Shown: positions 1 through 9,505, counted from the stretch's first letter. The stretch is 35,238 nt of DNA from Candidatus Limiplasma merdipullorum (GCA_018711955.1 DVHQ01000243.1:1-35238); one strand, 5' to 3'. Notes: a model not told the origin generated them from the letters alone. Made by a program: numbers and translations.

Positions 1-66
1 TTTCGGTGATATTATACTGCCACGTTATCGCACTAAAGCGGTTGCGAAAAGGAGCGTGTTTTGTAT

Positions 67-867
67 ATGAAAAGGCTGTTTGCCATCCTGTTGGTCCTGA
101 TGCTTGCGGTTTCCGGCCTGGCCATGGCCGAGGGGGATACCTCGGTTGAAAACATTCTGGAAAAGGGCACCTTCATTCTGGGCCTGGACGACAGCTTCCC
201 GCCCATGGGCTTCCGGGACGAGAACAACGACATCGTCGGCTTTGACATCGACGTGGCCAAAGAAGTCGCCGCGCGGCTGGGCGTGGAGTTTATCGCGCAG
301 CCCATCTCCTGGGACGCAAAGGAGCTGGAGCTAGCCTCCGGCACCATCGACTGCATCTGGAACGGCATGTCCATCACCCCCGAACGCGAGGAGAGCATGG
401 CCATGACCTTCCCCTACCTCAACAACCAGATGATCTTCTACACCCGCGCCGATGCGGGCATCGACAGCCTGGAGGCGCTGGCGGGCAAGTCGGTGGCGGT
501 GCAGAACGGGTCCTATGCCGAGGAGCTGCTCAGCGGCGACTATGCGGATCTGGCCGCGACCTTCTCGGAGGTGCTGGGCTTTGACGAGTACCTGACCGCG
601 CTGATGGACCTGCAAAACGGTGGCTGCGACGCGGTGCTCATGGACCTGGTGGTGGGCGACTACCGCATCAATGGCATGGGCGCGACCGATCTGAAGGCTG
701 CCGTGGCCCTGACGGACGACAACTACGGCATCGGCTTCCGCAAGGAGGATATCGCCCTGCGCGACAAGGTCGAGGAGCTGCTGATCGAAATGAAGAAGGA
801 CGGCACGCTGGAGAAGATCTCCGCCCAGTGGTTCGGGTCGGACATCACGGTGGTGCCTGCCGAATAA
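67..867 (+). CDS. amino-acid ABC transporter substrate-binding protein (family-3 SBP)
   Basis: ORF 61..867. The ATG at 67 lies about 12 nt after GGAG (51-54), so I prefer it to the TTG at 61. N-terminal signal peptide LLVLMLAVSGLAMA. Family-3 SBP-like blocks GLDDSFPPMGF, GFDIDVAKEVA and DCIWNGMSITPER. The cognate permease and ATPase follow. Confidence 0.85.
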   Translation: MKRLFAILLVLMLAVSGLAMAEGDTSVENILEKGTFILGLDDSFPPMGFRDENNDIVGFDIDVAKEVAARLGVEFIAQPISWDAKELELASGTIDCIWNGMSITPEREESMAMTFPYLNNQMIFYTRADAGIDSLEALAGKSVAVQNGSYAEELLSGDYADLAATFSEVLGFDEYLTALMDLQNGGCDAVLMDLVVGDYRINGMGATDLKAAVALTDDNYGIGFRKEDIALRDKVEELLIEMKKDGTLEKISAQWFGSDITVVPAE

Positions 868-930
868 TGCCCATATTTTCCGGAAGGGGGAGGCCCTCGC
901 CTCTCCCTTTCGCGCACGAAAGGAAACGCC

Positions 931-1599
931 ATGACCATCAAATTCTTCAACGACCCTGAGCGGCTATGGAAGCTGTTCACTCTGATGCTGGATGGCGCCG
1001 GGGTAACGCTGAGCATCTTTTTTTTGACGCTGGTGTTTTCCGTGCCGCTGGGCATGCTGGTGGCGCAGGGCCGCATGAGCCGGAGACGGCTGGTGCGCGC
1101 GCCGCTTTCGTTTTACATCTACATCATGCGTTCCACGCCGCTGATGCTGCAAATCATGTTTATCTACTTCCTGCTGCCGCAGGTGCTGCCCTTCCGGGTG
1201 GACCGGTTCTGGGCGGTGATTTTTGCGTTTGTCATCAATTACGCCGCCTATTTTGCCGAGATTTTCCGCTCCGGCATCCAGTCCATCCCGGCGGGGCAGT
1301 ACGAAGCCGCCAAGGTGCTGGGCTATACCGGCGGGCAGACGTTCCTGCGCATTATTCTGCCGCAGGTGGTCAAGCGCGTGCTGCTGCCCGTGGCCAACGA
1401 GGTCATCACGCTCATCAAGGACACGGCGCTGGCCTCCACCGTGGCGGTGGTGGACCTGATGACCGTGGCCAAGAAGCAGGTATCCAGTTCATCGTCCATT
1501 GAACCGTATGTCGTGGCAATCGTACTCTATCTGGTGCTCAACGGCGTGGCCGAGCAGCTGTGCAAGCTGGCCGAGCGCAAGATGAGCTATTACCGCTAG
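931..1599 (+). CDS. amino-acid ABC transporter permease (His/Glu/Gln/Arg family)
   Basis: 222-aa polytopic ORF. EAA-loop-like motif [32 protein letters not shown] upstream of the ATG. Sits between the SBP and ATPase genes. Confidence 0.88.
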   Translation: MTIKFFNDPERLWKLFTLMLDGAGVTLSIFFLTLVFSVPLGMLVAQGRMSRRRLVRAPLSFYIYIMRSTPLMLQIMFIYFLLPQVLPFRVDRFWAVIFAFVINYAAYFAEIFRSGIQSIPAGQYEAAKVLGYTGGQTFLRIILPQVVKRVLLPVANEVITLIKDTALASTVAVVDLMTVAKKQVSSSSSIEPYVVAIVLYLVLNGVAEQLCKLAERKMSYYR

Positions 1600-1615
1600 G
1601 AAGGAGGGCGTCCGC

Positions 1616-2359
1616 ATGCTGAGCGCAACCGGGATTCACAAGGGCTTTGACGGGCTGGGCGTGCTCCGGGGCATCGACCTGAACGTGGAGAAGGGCGAGG
1701 TCGTGGCGCTGATCGGCCCGAGCGGATCGGGGAAAAGCACGCTTTTGCGGTGTCTGAACCAGTTGGAAACCGTGGACAGCGGCACCATCGTGCTCGACGG
1801 CCTTACCCTGTGCCGCACCTTAGGCGGCAAGCTCACCTATGCCGATCCGGCCAATCTGCGCCGCATCACGCTGAAGATGGGCATGGTGTTTCAATCCTAC
1901 AACCTGTTCCCGCACATGAGCGTGATGCAAAACCTGACCGACGCGCCCATGCGCGTCAAGCGGCTTTCCCGCGCGCAGGCCACGGAACGGGCACGCGAGC
2001 TGCTTGCCAAGGTCGGCCTCTCCGACAAGGCGGACCAGTACCCTTATCAGCTTTCCGGCGGCCAGCAGCAACGGGTGGCCATCGCCCGCGCGCTGTGCAT
2101 GGACCCGGAGATCCTATGCTTTGACGAGCCCACCAGCGCCCTGGACCCGGAGCTGACCCAGGAGGTGCTCGGCGTGATGCGCGAGCTGGCGCGCGAGCGC
2201 ATGACCATGCTGGTGGTCACCCATGAGATGGGCTTCGCCCGCGATGTGGCCGACCGTGTGGTTTTCATGGAGGATGGCCTGATCGTGGAGGAAGGCCCCC
2301 CGGAGCAGGTATTTCATTCCGCCAACCCCCGCACACGGCAGTTTGTCGGTGAAAACTGA
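1616..2359 (+). CDS. amino-acid ABC transporter ATP-binding protein (GlnQ-like)
   Basis: Walker [13 protein letters not shown] signature [15 protein letters not shown], Walker [13 protein letters not shown], and H-loop [18 protein letters not shown]. Confidence 0.93.
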   Translation: MLSATGIHKGFDGLGVLRGIDLNVEKGEVVALIGPSGSGKSTLLRCLNQLETVDSGTIVLDGLTLCRTLGGKLTYADPANLRRITLKMGMVFQSYNLFPHMSVMQNLTDAPMRVKRLSRAQATERARELLAKVGLSDKADQYPYQLSGGQQQRVAIARALCMDPEILCFDEPTSALDPELTQEVLGVMRELARERMTMLVVTHEMGFARDVADRVVFMEDGLIVEEGPPEQVFHSANPRTRQFVGEN

Positions 2360-2365
2360 ACAGCA

Positions 2366-2398
2366 AAATCCGCCCGGCAGCATGTGCCGGGCGGATTT
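2366..2398. terminator. bidirectional intrinsic terminator between convergent genes
   Basis: Perfect stem AAATCCGCCCGGCA / TGCCGGGCGGATTT with a short loop. A-run on one side and T-run on the other. Lies between the stop at 2359 (+) and the stop at 2410 (-). Confidence 0.75.
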
Positions 2399-2409
2399 GA
2401 TTTATGCTT

Positions 2410-3630
2410 TTATACCAGGCGGAAGCCGTTTTCCGCCTGCTTTTCGTGATAGCGGGTGATGAGCGCCTTGATACGGTCGTAGGGGTTGAGCAGGCTGCTG
2501 AGACTGCGGTCGTGGTTCAGGCTGGCCACGATGTAGGAGATATACTTGCTCATATCCGCCTCAATGAACCAGGGCCGCTGCTTGAGTTCCGGCGTGCGGT
2601 AGGTCAGGTTGGTGGAGATGATGCGGCTGATGGCTCCCTCTTCGTAGGCGCGGTCGAAAGCCTCCAGCCCGTTGGTGAAGAGCGCGAAGGTAGCGGCGGC
2701 GAAGATGCGGTTGGCCTTGCGCTTTTTGAGCTCCCTGGCCAGGTCCAGAATGCTTTCGCCGGAGGAGAGGATGTCGTCGGAGACGAACACATCCTTGCCT
2801 TCCACATCGTCGCCCAGGTATTCATGGGCGATGATGGGATTGCGTCCGTCCACCACGGTGGTATAGTCGCGCCGCTTGTAGAACAGACCCATGTCGATGC
2901 CCAGCACCGAGCTGTAGAAGATGTTGCGGTCGATCGCTCCCTCATCGGGGCTGACGATCATCAGATGATCGCGGTCGATCTGCAAATCGCACTCCCTGCG
3001 GAACAGCGCCTTGAGAATCTGATAGCTGGGCTTTACGCTGTCAAAGCCGATCAGGGGGACGGCGTTCTGCACGCGCGGGTCGTGCGCATCGAAGGTGATG
3101 ATGTTGCTCACGCCCATCTGCTCCAGCTCCTGCAGCGCCAGGGCGCAGTCCAGGCTTTCGCGGCTGGTACGGCGGTGCTGACGGCCCTCGTAGAGCATGG
3201 GCATGATGACGTTGACGCGCTTGGCGCGGCCGCCGATGGCCGCGATGATGCGCTTGAGGTCCTGATAGTGATCGTCGGGGGACATGGGCACTTCACGCCC
3301 ATACATCTTATAAGTGACGTTGTAAGCTCCGATGTCGGTCAGGATGTAGATGTCGTAGCCGCGCACGCTGTTTTTGATCATTCCCTTGCCCTCGCCCGTG
3401 CCAAAACGGGGGCAGTGCGCCTCAATCAAGAAATCGTGCCGGTTGGCGCCCATCAGGGAAAAGAGCGGGGTGTCCTCCAGGGCTTCCTGCTGCTCGTACC
3501 ATTTCATGAGCCAGTTGTTGACCTTCTGACCCAGCTCCTCGCAGCCCGGCATGGCGATCAGCCCCAGGGGCGCGAAAGGCACGGTCAGAAGGTCGTTGTT
3601 CCACGTGCTTACAAAGTCCGTCACAGGCAT
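2410..3630 (-). CDS. ribose-phosphate pyrophosphokinase family protein (long, about 406 aa)
   Basis: ORF 2410..3720. I prefer the internal ATG at 3630, which is preceded by GAAGGAG. Prs-like blocks GEGKGMIKNSVRGYDIYIL, IMPMLYEGRQHRR and FDAHD, plus the PRPP-binding loop VFVSDDILSSGESI. Confidence 0.8.
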   Translation of the reverse strand: MPVTDFVSTWNNDLLTVPFAPLGLIAMPGCEELGQKVNNWLMKWYEQQEALEDTPLFSLMGANRHDFLIEAHCPRFGTGEGKGMIKNSVRGYDIYILTDIGAYNVTYKMYGREVPMSPDDHYQDLKRIIAAIGGRAKRVNVIMPMLYEGRQHRRTSRESLDCALALQELEQMGVSNIITFDAHDPRVQNAVPLIGFDSVKPSYQILKALFRRECDLQIDRDHLMIVSPDEGAIDRNIFYSSVLGIDMGLFYKRRDYTTVVDGRNPIIAHEYLGDDVEGKDVFVSDDILSSGESILDLARELKKRKANRIFAAATFALFTNGLEAFDRAYEEGAISRIISTNLTYRTPELKQRPWFIEADMSKYISYIVASLNHDRSLSSLLNPYDRIKALITRYHEKQAENGFRLV

Positions 3631-3670
3631 ACTCCTTCTCAAACGAACGTATGTAGGGAGAGACAGAACC

Positions 3671-3699
3671 AGTATACCGCAAATTGCTGTTTCTGAAAA
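3671..3699 (-). promoter_or_regulatory. candidate sigma-A promoter for the prs-like gene
   Basis: Minus strand reads TTTTCA, 17 nt, TATACT. The -35 is weak. It is overlapped by the perfect palindrome GAAAAGG-T-CCTTTTC (3695-3709). Confidence 0.35.
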
Positions 3700-3814
3700 G
3701 GTCCTTTTCCGAAAAAGCAAACATTTTGACGGTTTTTGTGAAAAACCTCCATGCCCTCATGGGTTCAAATGGAGCAGATGCGCACATAAAATGCCTGAAA
3801 AGGGGGCGTATGCG

Positions 3815-4729
3815 ATGGGTGGCATGGCGGCAGGGATCTGTCTTTTGCTGGTGATGGCCTTTTCCTCCCAGGCGATGGAGGCCGCATCCCAGGCGGCACG
3901 GGTATTTGCGGGCGGGGTCATGCCTGCTTTGCTGCCCATGATGGTGCTGTGCCGCCTGTTGCCCGCCCACGCCAATCACGAACGTTCCGCATGGCGTGGC
4001 TATGCCGGCGCGGTGTTTTTTTCCTTTGCCTCCGGCTCGCCGGCCAGCGCGCAGCGGGTGCGCGACCTTTGGGGCGCGGGCGCGTTGGCGCGAGGCGCGC
4101 TGGAGCCGCTCCTGGCCGCCTGCGGCGTGATGAGCCCCATGTTTTTCACCGGTACCCTGGCGCAGTGGACGGGGCTGCGCGCGGGCTGCTGGGTGCTGCT
4201 GCTATGCCACTGGACAGGGGCGCTGGCCGCTGCCGGCGTGGTGCGGCTGGCGGCGCGAAAGCAGCCTGCCTGCCGCACGGGGGCCGCCGCGGCACCGGCG
4301 CCCGGCCCTGCCGCGCCGCGCCCCTCCCTGCCGGAGGCCGTGACGGGGGCGGCGACGTCGCTGCTGGCGGTATGCGGCGCCATGATGACCTTCGCCATCG
4401 TCGCGGGCGTGCTGCGCGCGCTGGTTGCGGCGCTGTTCCCGGCCTGGACGGCGTCTCACGGACGGTTGCTGGCGGCGGCGTGGGCGCTGCTGGAGATAGG
4501 CGGCGGCGCGGCGGCGGTGCTGGAGGCATGGCCGCAGGCGCCCATGGCGCTGCTGTGCGCGCTGTGCTCGTTCGGAGGTCTGAGCATCTGGCTGCAAAAC
4601 CTGCTGTTTGTGCCGGAATGCATACGCCCCGCGAAGCTGCTTTGCATGCGCATGCTTCACGGGACGCTGTCGGGCGGCCTGGCCCTGCTGATCTTTACGC
4701 TGTTTCCCGGCCTTACGCGGCCTTTTTGA
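3815..4729 (+). CDS. YlbJ-like / nucleoside-recognition (Gate) domain membrane protein
   Basis: ORF 3551..4729. The hydrophobic part begins at MGGMAAGICLLL (ATG 3815, AAGGGGG RBS 6-7 nt upstream; ATG 3791 is an alternative). N-terminal pattern AARVFAGGVMPALLPMMVLCRLL and SFASGSPASAQRV resembles YlbJ. Multiple TM segments. The family call is by resemblance only. Confidence 0.55.
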   Translation: MGGMAAGICLLLVMAFSSQAMEAASQAARVFAGGVMPALLPMMVLCRLLPAHANHERSAWRGYAGAVFFSFASGSPASAQRVRDLWGAGALARGALEPLLAACGVMSPMFFTGTLAQWTGLRAGCWVLLLCHWTGALAAAGVVRLAARKQPACRTGAAAAPAPGPAAPRPSLPEAVTGAATSLLAVCGAMMTFAIVAGVLRALVAALFPAWTASHGRLLAAAWALLEIGGGAAAVLEAWPQAPMALLCALCSFGGLSIWLQNLLFVPECIRPAKLLCMRMLHGTLSGGLALLIFTLFPGLTRPF

Positions 4730-5201
4730 AGATCCAGAACTTGCTGACCACGTAGTTGAACACCATCACAAACACCAGCACGATCACGCGGTTGACGATG
4801 TTGCTTACGCCCACGAGCTTGAGCAGCAGCATCAACCCCTGTTCAAACACCAGAAAGCTCACCAGCCGGCTCCCGGCAAACTGCACAAGTCCGGTCAGCA
4901 CCTTTCCCTGACCCTGTGCGCGGAACACCAGCCCGCGGTTGATCCAGTAGGCAAAGAGCACCGCAATCACCCACGAGATGGCGCTGGACAGGGACATCTG
5001 CACATTGTTGGCCCGGTTGATGGAATCCACCAGCCAGGGGATGAGATTGCCGTCATAGGGCGCCTTATCTGCCATGAGAAAGCAGCAGCCATAGTGCACC
5101 ACCATGCTCAGCAGCGTTGTCAGACCCCCGGCAAAAAGGTAGCGGATCATTTCATACTGCTTTTCATGCGTATTGAGATATTGCCTGATCTTCTGAACCA
5201 T
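4713..5201 (-). CDS. GtrA family membrane protein
   Basis: 162 aa with 4 predicted TM segments. GtrA-like N-terminus IRYLFAGGLTTLLSMVVHY and C-terminus FVFNYVVSKFWIFK. GGAGAGGAAGG RBS. Its 3' end overlaps the convergent YlbJ-like gene by 17 nt. Confidence 0.85.
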   Translation of the reverse strand: MVQKIRQYLNTHEKQYEMIRYLFAGGLTTLLSMVVHYGCCFLMADKAPYDGNLIPWLVDSINRANNVQMSLSSAISWVIAVLFAYWINRGLVFRAQGQGKVLTGLVQFAGSRLVSFLVFEQGLMLLLKLVGVSNIVNRVIVLVFVMVFNYVVSKFWIFKKAA

Positions 5202-5227
5202 GAGCGTCCTTCCTCTCCTGTATGCGG

Positions 5228-5443
5228 TCAGTCCTCGCCATGGTCGCCGCGGGCATAGTCGCAGCTGAGCAGGTCGCCCACGGCCAACGTGAAGGGCGCG
5301 CCCTTTGCCCCGGCGCGCAGGGTGACGGTTTCCCCGTCAAAGGCGAGCACATGGACCGTTTTCTGCACCATTTTGCCATCCCGCAAAAACACCGCGCGAA
5401 TCCTGCGGTCATGCTCCAGCGCATAGCGCAAAAAGCGTATCAT
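5228..5443 (-). CDS. hypothetical small protein (71 aa)
   Basis: The ATG overlaps the TGA of the upstream membrane-protein gene (ATGA at 5440-5443), implying translational coupling. Codon usage resembles its neighbours. I did not recognise a family. Confidence 0.55.
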   Translation of the reverse strand: MIRFLRYALEHDRRIRAVFLRDGKMVQKTVHVLAFDGETVTLRAGAKGAPFTLAVGDLLSCDYARGDHGED

Positions 5444-7437
5444 TGGCGGTATTCCTCCGGCACCTCAAAGATGCGGTTCTGTCCCCCGGCCGATTCATAA
5501 ATCACCGGGAACAGCGCCTCCAGCGCCGCCTCGTTGACCGCGTACTGGGTATTGGCGCGTTCATAGGGGCTGACGTAGATATATTGTACCTGATACTGCC
5601 TCAGCAGGTCAAGGTTGGCGGCGGGATTGGCATAGAAGGCCGCGATCTCCGCCTGCCGCTGGGTGGTGTTAAAGCCGTGGTAGTAGAGGTAGAGGTCGCT
5701 GGAACACAGGATGGTGCGCCCCGCCAGCGAGCTCACGGGATTCAGGTGCTGATTTCCGGTGAGAAAGATGCTGTGTTCCGGGGTGTTTTCCCGCACGAAT
5801 TCCGCGGTTTCGATATCGGCGGCGCTGTAGGCCTGATAGTCGCTCACGCACTCGCGCGCCACGGTGAGCGTCGAGGAGGTGAAGCAGCAGAGGAGGAACC
5901 CGACGGCAATCACCCGCCGCCCCGGCAGGCCGCGCAGGCGGGCAAAGGCTTCCATGGCATAGTCCGCGGCCATGGGCAGGCACAGCAGGAACCAGACATA
6001 CAGGAGCTTGTTGTTATCGTACTCGTTGGGCTGGAACTTGAATACCTCGGCCACCGCATAGATGAGGAACGCGCCGCAGGCGATCAGGCGGATCTGGCGC
6101 AGATCGTCGGGCACGGCGGGCGCATCCTTGGGCTTGCGGCGGCAGAGCGCCAGCAGAATCAGCACATAGGGCACGCCCACGTTTTTGAGGTAGAACCACA
6201 GGTAGGTATCCACCAGGCCCCGGTTGCCCCGGTTGTTGGCCCAGTTGAACCAGACGCTCAGGAAATGGTCGCTGCCCGTGGCCTGCACAAACGTGAAGGC
6301 GATCAGCTGCGGAAGCGACAGCGCCGCCGCGACGGTCCCGTACAGAAGCCACGGCCGGAACGCCTCCCAGCGGCCTCCCCGGGGCGTGGTCGCCACGCAG
6401 TAGGCGCATGCACCCGCGGAAAACAGCACCAGCGCCAGATAGCTGTGCGTATGGGCCAGCGGCAGCCCGCCTGCAAACAGGCCCAGCAGCACCAGCTCGC
6501 GCACGCCGTGACGCTCCCGGCGGCACAGCGGCGGCACCAGGAGGTTGAGGGCCGGCATCAGCAGCGTCCAGCCGCCCAGAATGCCGCGCTGGGGCACCAG
6601 CATGTCGCAGATGATGTTGACCCAGCGCAGGTTGTGCGGGTCGGGCTGGTTGGTGGGGGTCTGGTAGTAACCCTGCATCACGTTGGCCAGATTGTCCCAC
6701 ATGGTGGTGACTTCATAGCCGTTTACGGTGGCATCCAGCGTATAGAAAAAGCCCAGACCGCCATTGAGAAACAGCAGGAAAAACGCCAGCGCCGCCGCGC
6801 CGCGCCTTCTGCACAGCTGCATGGCCAAAAGCCCGTAGCCTGCGTAGACCAGCGCCATCATTATCGTGCCCGTGAAGGACATGGCGGTGTTGAGCGGCAT
6901 GCCCAGCATGAGCATGCTGGTGGCAATGGAATCCGACAGGTAGGGATAGGCCATGGTGGCCCCCAGCATGAGGCTGTTTTCCAGCGGGAAGGACGCGTTG
7001 ACAATGCTGGTGCATACCGCCAGGTGCAGGGACAGGTCGCCGTATGTGCTCTGACCCACGTGGTAGGTACCGTCCGCCGCCAGGCGGATGGAATGCGTAT
7101 ATTGCAGGTAGCCCCCCAGCACCGTCAGCGGCACGACCAGCACAAGCAGCAGCCGAAGCGTCCGCTTCTCCGTCTCGTCAAAGGGCGCGGGCGCGCGACG
7201 GTCGCGCCACAGCCACGCTGCGCCCACAAGCAGCGCGAGCGTGCCCAGGGCCAGCCAGTGCGCCGCATAGCTGAAGCGCACCGCATAGGCCCACAAAACG
7301 GGCAGCCACATCAGCAGAAGCACGCCCAGCGACAGGCCCAGATAAACGCGCAGCACGGGCTTGAGCCTGGGCAGGAGCAGCCGTGCAATCACTGCGCCAC
7401 CCGAGAGAAACAGCATCAGATACACGATGGAAAGCAA
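5440..7437 (-). CDS. large polytopic membrane protein, putative GT-C-type glycosyltransferase
   Basis: 665 aa. About 12 or more hydrophobic segments are followed by a roughly 150-aa soluble C-terminal region. TTG start at 7437 lies 7 nt after AAGGAGG. Same operon as GtrA, a classic partner of polyprenol-dependent GT-C enzymes. The function is inferred, not motif-proven. Confidence 0.5.
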   Translation of the reverse strand: MLSIVYLMLFLSGGAVIARLLLPRLKPVLRVYLGLSLGVLLLMWLPVLWAYAVRFSYAAHWLALGTLALLVGAAWLWRDRRAPAPFDETEKRTLRLLLVLVVPLTVLGGYLQYTHSIRLAADGTYHVGQSTYGDLSLHLAVCTSIVNASFPLENSLMLGATMAYPYLSDSIATSMLMLGMPLNTAMSFTGTIMMALVYAGYGLLAMQLCRRRGAAALAFFLLFLNGGLGFFYTLDATVNGYEVTTMWDNLANVMQGYYQTPTNQPDPHNLRWVNIICDMLVPQRGILGGWTLLMPALNLLVPPLCRRERHGVRELVLLGLFAGGLPLAHTHSYLALVLFSAGACAYCVATTPRGGRWEAFRPWLLYGTVAAALSLPQLIAFTFVQATGSDHFLSVWFNWANNRGNRGLVDTYLWFYLKNVGVPYVLILLALCRRKPKDAPAVPDDLRQIRLIACGAFLIYAVAEVFKFQPNEYDNNKLLYVWFLLCLPMAADYAMEAFARLRGLPGRRVIAVGFLLCCFTSSTLTVARECVSDYQAYSAADIETAEFVRENTPEHSIFLTGNQHLNPVSSLAGRTILCSSDLYLYYHGFNTTQRQAEIAAFYANPAANLDLLRQYQVQYIYVSPYERANTQYAVNEAALEALFPVIYESAGGQNRIFEVPEEYRQ

Positions 7438-7449
7438 GCTCCGTCCTCC

Positions 7450-8733
7450 TTATACGCACAGCATGGAGCGGAAGAACTGCACCGCGGTCTGGAGCGTTCC
7501 GTCCGTCACGGTACACATGCCCGAAAGCGCCTCCTCGCCCGTGAGCATAAAGGGCGAGAAGCGGTAGACCCGTCCGCCCGGCTGGGCGTAGAAGCGCCCG
7601 TCCGTCACAAAGGGGCTGAGGCAGGGCACGATCACCGCCCGCTCGAACTGGATTTCAATGGCCGTTTCCAAGGCGTCCCAGGCCTCGCCGCTGGGATCGC
7701 TCGGCGCGCCCGCGTCCTCGCACATGGAAAAGGTCATGCGCAGGTCATCGTTGCCCGCCAGGCAGCGGATGCGGTGGCGCGCCTCCGCCGCGCGTGCGCC
7801 GGGGATCAGCGTCTGGCGGAAGATGAGGGACGCCTCCCGCGCCGGGGTTTGGAGCGTACCCTGCGCGCTCAGGGCGCATACCGTGCGCTCGCTCACAAAG
7901 AACTGATGAAACACCGACCGCTTCCGCCATAAAACCCGCATCAGCGGGAACGTAACGCGCGGACGGCGCACCAGCCACCGCTGCAAAAGCGGCGCCTTTT
8001 TGCCCAGCTCCGAAAGCATCGTTTCGCTGGCCGCGCACAGCCGTGCCCGGCGCGGATGGCGCGTGAGACGCGCGCCCGCGCGCAGCAGCTCGTCCACGGG
8101 GCGGGCGCGTTCGCGGCCGGGGCGGCTGCTCACCTCCCGGTCCGCGGTCATCTCTCCCTGGATTTCGCCCTTTTCGCAGATGCCGATCAGCGCCAGCGGC
8201 GCGTTTTTGGGCAGGTAGGTGCGGAACGCCTCCATGGTGGCATATCCGCCGTGGTCCAGCACGAAGCAGGGCGACAGGCTGCGCGCCTTCAGGTGCGCGG
8301 CGATGCTCCGGGCGCCCGCCCCGCCGCTGAGCCCGTCCATGCTCAGGGCCAGCAAAAGATCGCCGCCGGGCTGATACCCTTCGCCCAGAAGCCCTTCCAG
8401 CGCCTCCAGCAGCGCCACCACATGGGCGCGCGACAGCGGCACGCTGATGGGCATCTCGTGGGGGCTGTCCGCCGCGACGGCCTCCGTCCCGGCCGCGTCC
8501 AGGTGGGATACGAACACCAGCGGTGCCGTGCTGCTTGCGCCGGGCATCTCCATCAGCACCGCGCCGTTGTCAAACTGCTTGCTCTCCAGCTTGTCAAACA
8601 CCAGCGGATAGCTTTCCCGCAGCACGCCCAGCGCCTGCGCGGCGCCCTGCGGCGTATAGGCGGAATACCCGCTCAGGCGCCGGAGCACGTCGCGCGCGCG
8701 GCCGTAGTTGAGGGGCGCCAAAAATTCGCTCAT
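7450..8733 (-). CDS. M20/M28-type metallopeptidase-like protein (possibly non-catalytic)
   Basis: ORF 7450..8769. I prefer ATG 8733, preceded by GGAGG. LVFVSHLDAAG resembles the M20 HxD metal site. Where M20 enzymes carry DEE, this protein has SMDGLSGGAGA. General M20 layout by eye only. Confidence 0.5.
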   Translation of the reverse strand: MSEFLAPLNYGRARDVLRRLSGYSAYTPQGAAQALGVLRESYPLVFDKLESKQFDNGAVLMEMPGASSTAPLVFVSHLDAAGTEAVAADSPHEMPISVPLSRAHVVALLEALEGLLGEGYQPGGDLLLALSMDGLSGGAGARSIAAHLKARSLSPCFVLDHGGYATMEAFRTYLPKNAPLALIGICEKGEIQGEMTADREVSSRPGRERARPVDELLRAGARLTRHPRRARLCAASETMLSELGKKAPLLQRWLVRRPRVTFPLMRVLWRKRSVFHQFFVSERTVCALSAQGTLQTPAREASLIFRQTLIPGARAAEARHRIRCLAGNDDLRMTFSMCEDAGAPSDPSGEAWDALETAIEIQFERAVIVPCLSPFVTDGRFYAQPGGRVYRFSPFMLTGEEALSGMCTVTDGTLQTAVQFFRSMLCV

Positions 8734-8828
8734 GAGGGAGCCTCCGTTTCCAAAAGGGAATCTGCTCATGGATTCGACAAAAGGGCGCCGGGGTCCTCTT
8801 TACCGGGCAGGCAAACCATCCTGCCGGC

Positions 8829-8860
8829 AAAAAAGCGGGGACGGGCAGCCGCCCATCCCC
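8829..8860 (-). terminator. intrinsic terminator after pgsA
   Basis: Minus strand: GGGGAUGGGC-GGCU-GCCCGUCCCC (10 bp including one G-U) followed by GCUUUUUU, about 20 nt after the pgsA stop. Confidence 0.7.
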
Positions 8861-8879
8861 CAGAAGGCCCTCCGGCCCG

Positions 8880-9473
8880 TCAGATGATTCCCTTTTCCTT
8901 TGCTTTGCGGATCGCATCGCTCACGTAAAACACCAGCGCGCACAGCGTGATGCACACGCCCAGCCACAAAAGCAGCAGGTCCGGCGTCAGCATCCAGCCC
9001 ACGCACCGGGCCACAAACCAGTCATGGAAGTACGTGGCGACCAGTCCCGCGATGAACACGCAATGCGCCGTCTTTCCGATCAGCCGGGAGTAGACCACGA
9101 TGCCATGCTTGAGCATCACCAGTCCGCCGATAATCATCACCAGCTCCTTCATAAGCAGGATGATCACCGCCACCCACGGCACCACCGGCGGGATGGCCGA
9201 CGAGCCGATGGCCATGCTTAACAGGGCGGTCAGCACCATCACCTTGTCGGCAAACGGGTCCACCAGCTTGCCAAAATCGGTGATGAGGTTGTATTTTCGG
9301 GCGATGCGTCCGTCCAGCAGATCGGTCAGGCTGGCTGCAAGGAAGGTAACAAGCGCCGCGTACTTTTGCCCGCTGACGAACAGCACCACGTACACCGGCA
9401 CCAGCAGAAGCCGGATCATGGTCAGCACGTTGGGCACATTCAGGTTTTTGCGGATCAATTCCTTCGCGGTCAA
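8880..9473 (-). CDS. pgsA: CDP-diacylglycerol--glycerol-3-phosphate 3-phosphatidyltransferase
   Basis: CDP-alcohol phosphatidyltransferase motif DLLDGRIARKYNLITDFGKLVDPFADKV. 197 aa, hydrophobic. TTG start 7 nt after AAGGGGGA. Confidence 0.9.
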   Translation of the reverse strand: MTAKELIRKNLNVPNVLTMIRLLLVPVYVVLFVSGQKYAALVTFLAASLTDLLDGRIARKYNLITDFGKLVDPFADKVMVLTALLSMAIGSSAIPPVVPWVAVIILLMKELVMIIGGLVMLKHGIVVYSRLIGKTAHCVFIAGLVATYFHDWFVARCVGWMLTPDLLLLWLGVCITLCALVFYVSDAIRKAKEKGII

Positions 9474-9505
9474 AATGGTATCCCCCTTGCGCTATGTTCA
9501 GGGTT

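Noticed and set aside
3645-3656. GAACGTATGTAG, a LexA-box-like sequence in the prs-like leader
   Set aside because: The second half-site is GTAG rather than GTTC (two mismatches), it lies downstream of the predicted promoter, and there is no SOS-related gene context.
2404-3696. 430-aa ORF on the + strand, opposite the prs-like gene
   Set aside because: It is a mirror-frame ORF typical of high-GC DNA, with an Ala/Gly/Val/Asp-rich low-complexity product, no RBS and no recognisable motifs. The opposite strand carries clear Prs motifs. The same reasoning applies to 9759..11372 (+), 16521..18173 (+), 19134..20624 (+), 21988..23457 (+), 13310..14161 (+) and 14961..16010 (-).
5443-7932. 829-aa ORF on the + strand spanning two minus-strand genes
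   Set aside because: It is antisense to the polytopic membrane protein and the M20-like gene. The product is Arg/Gln/His/Gly-rich with no domain signature, and it crosses a real intergenic RBS. It is a high-GC artefact.
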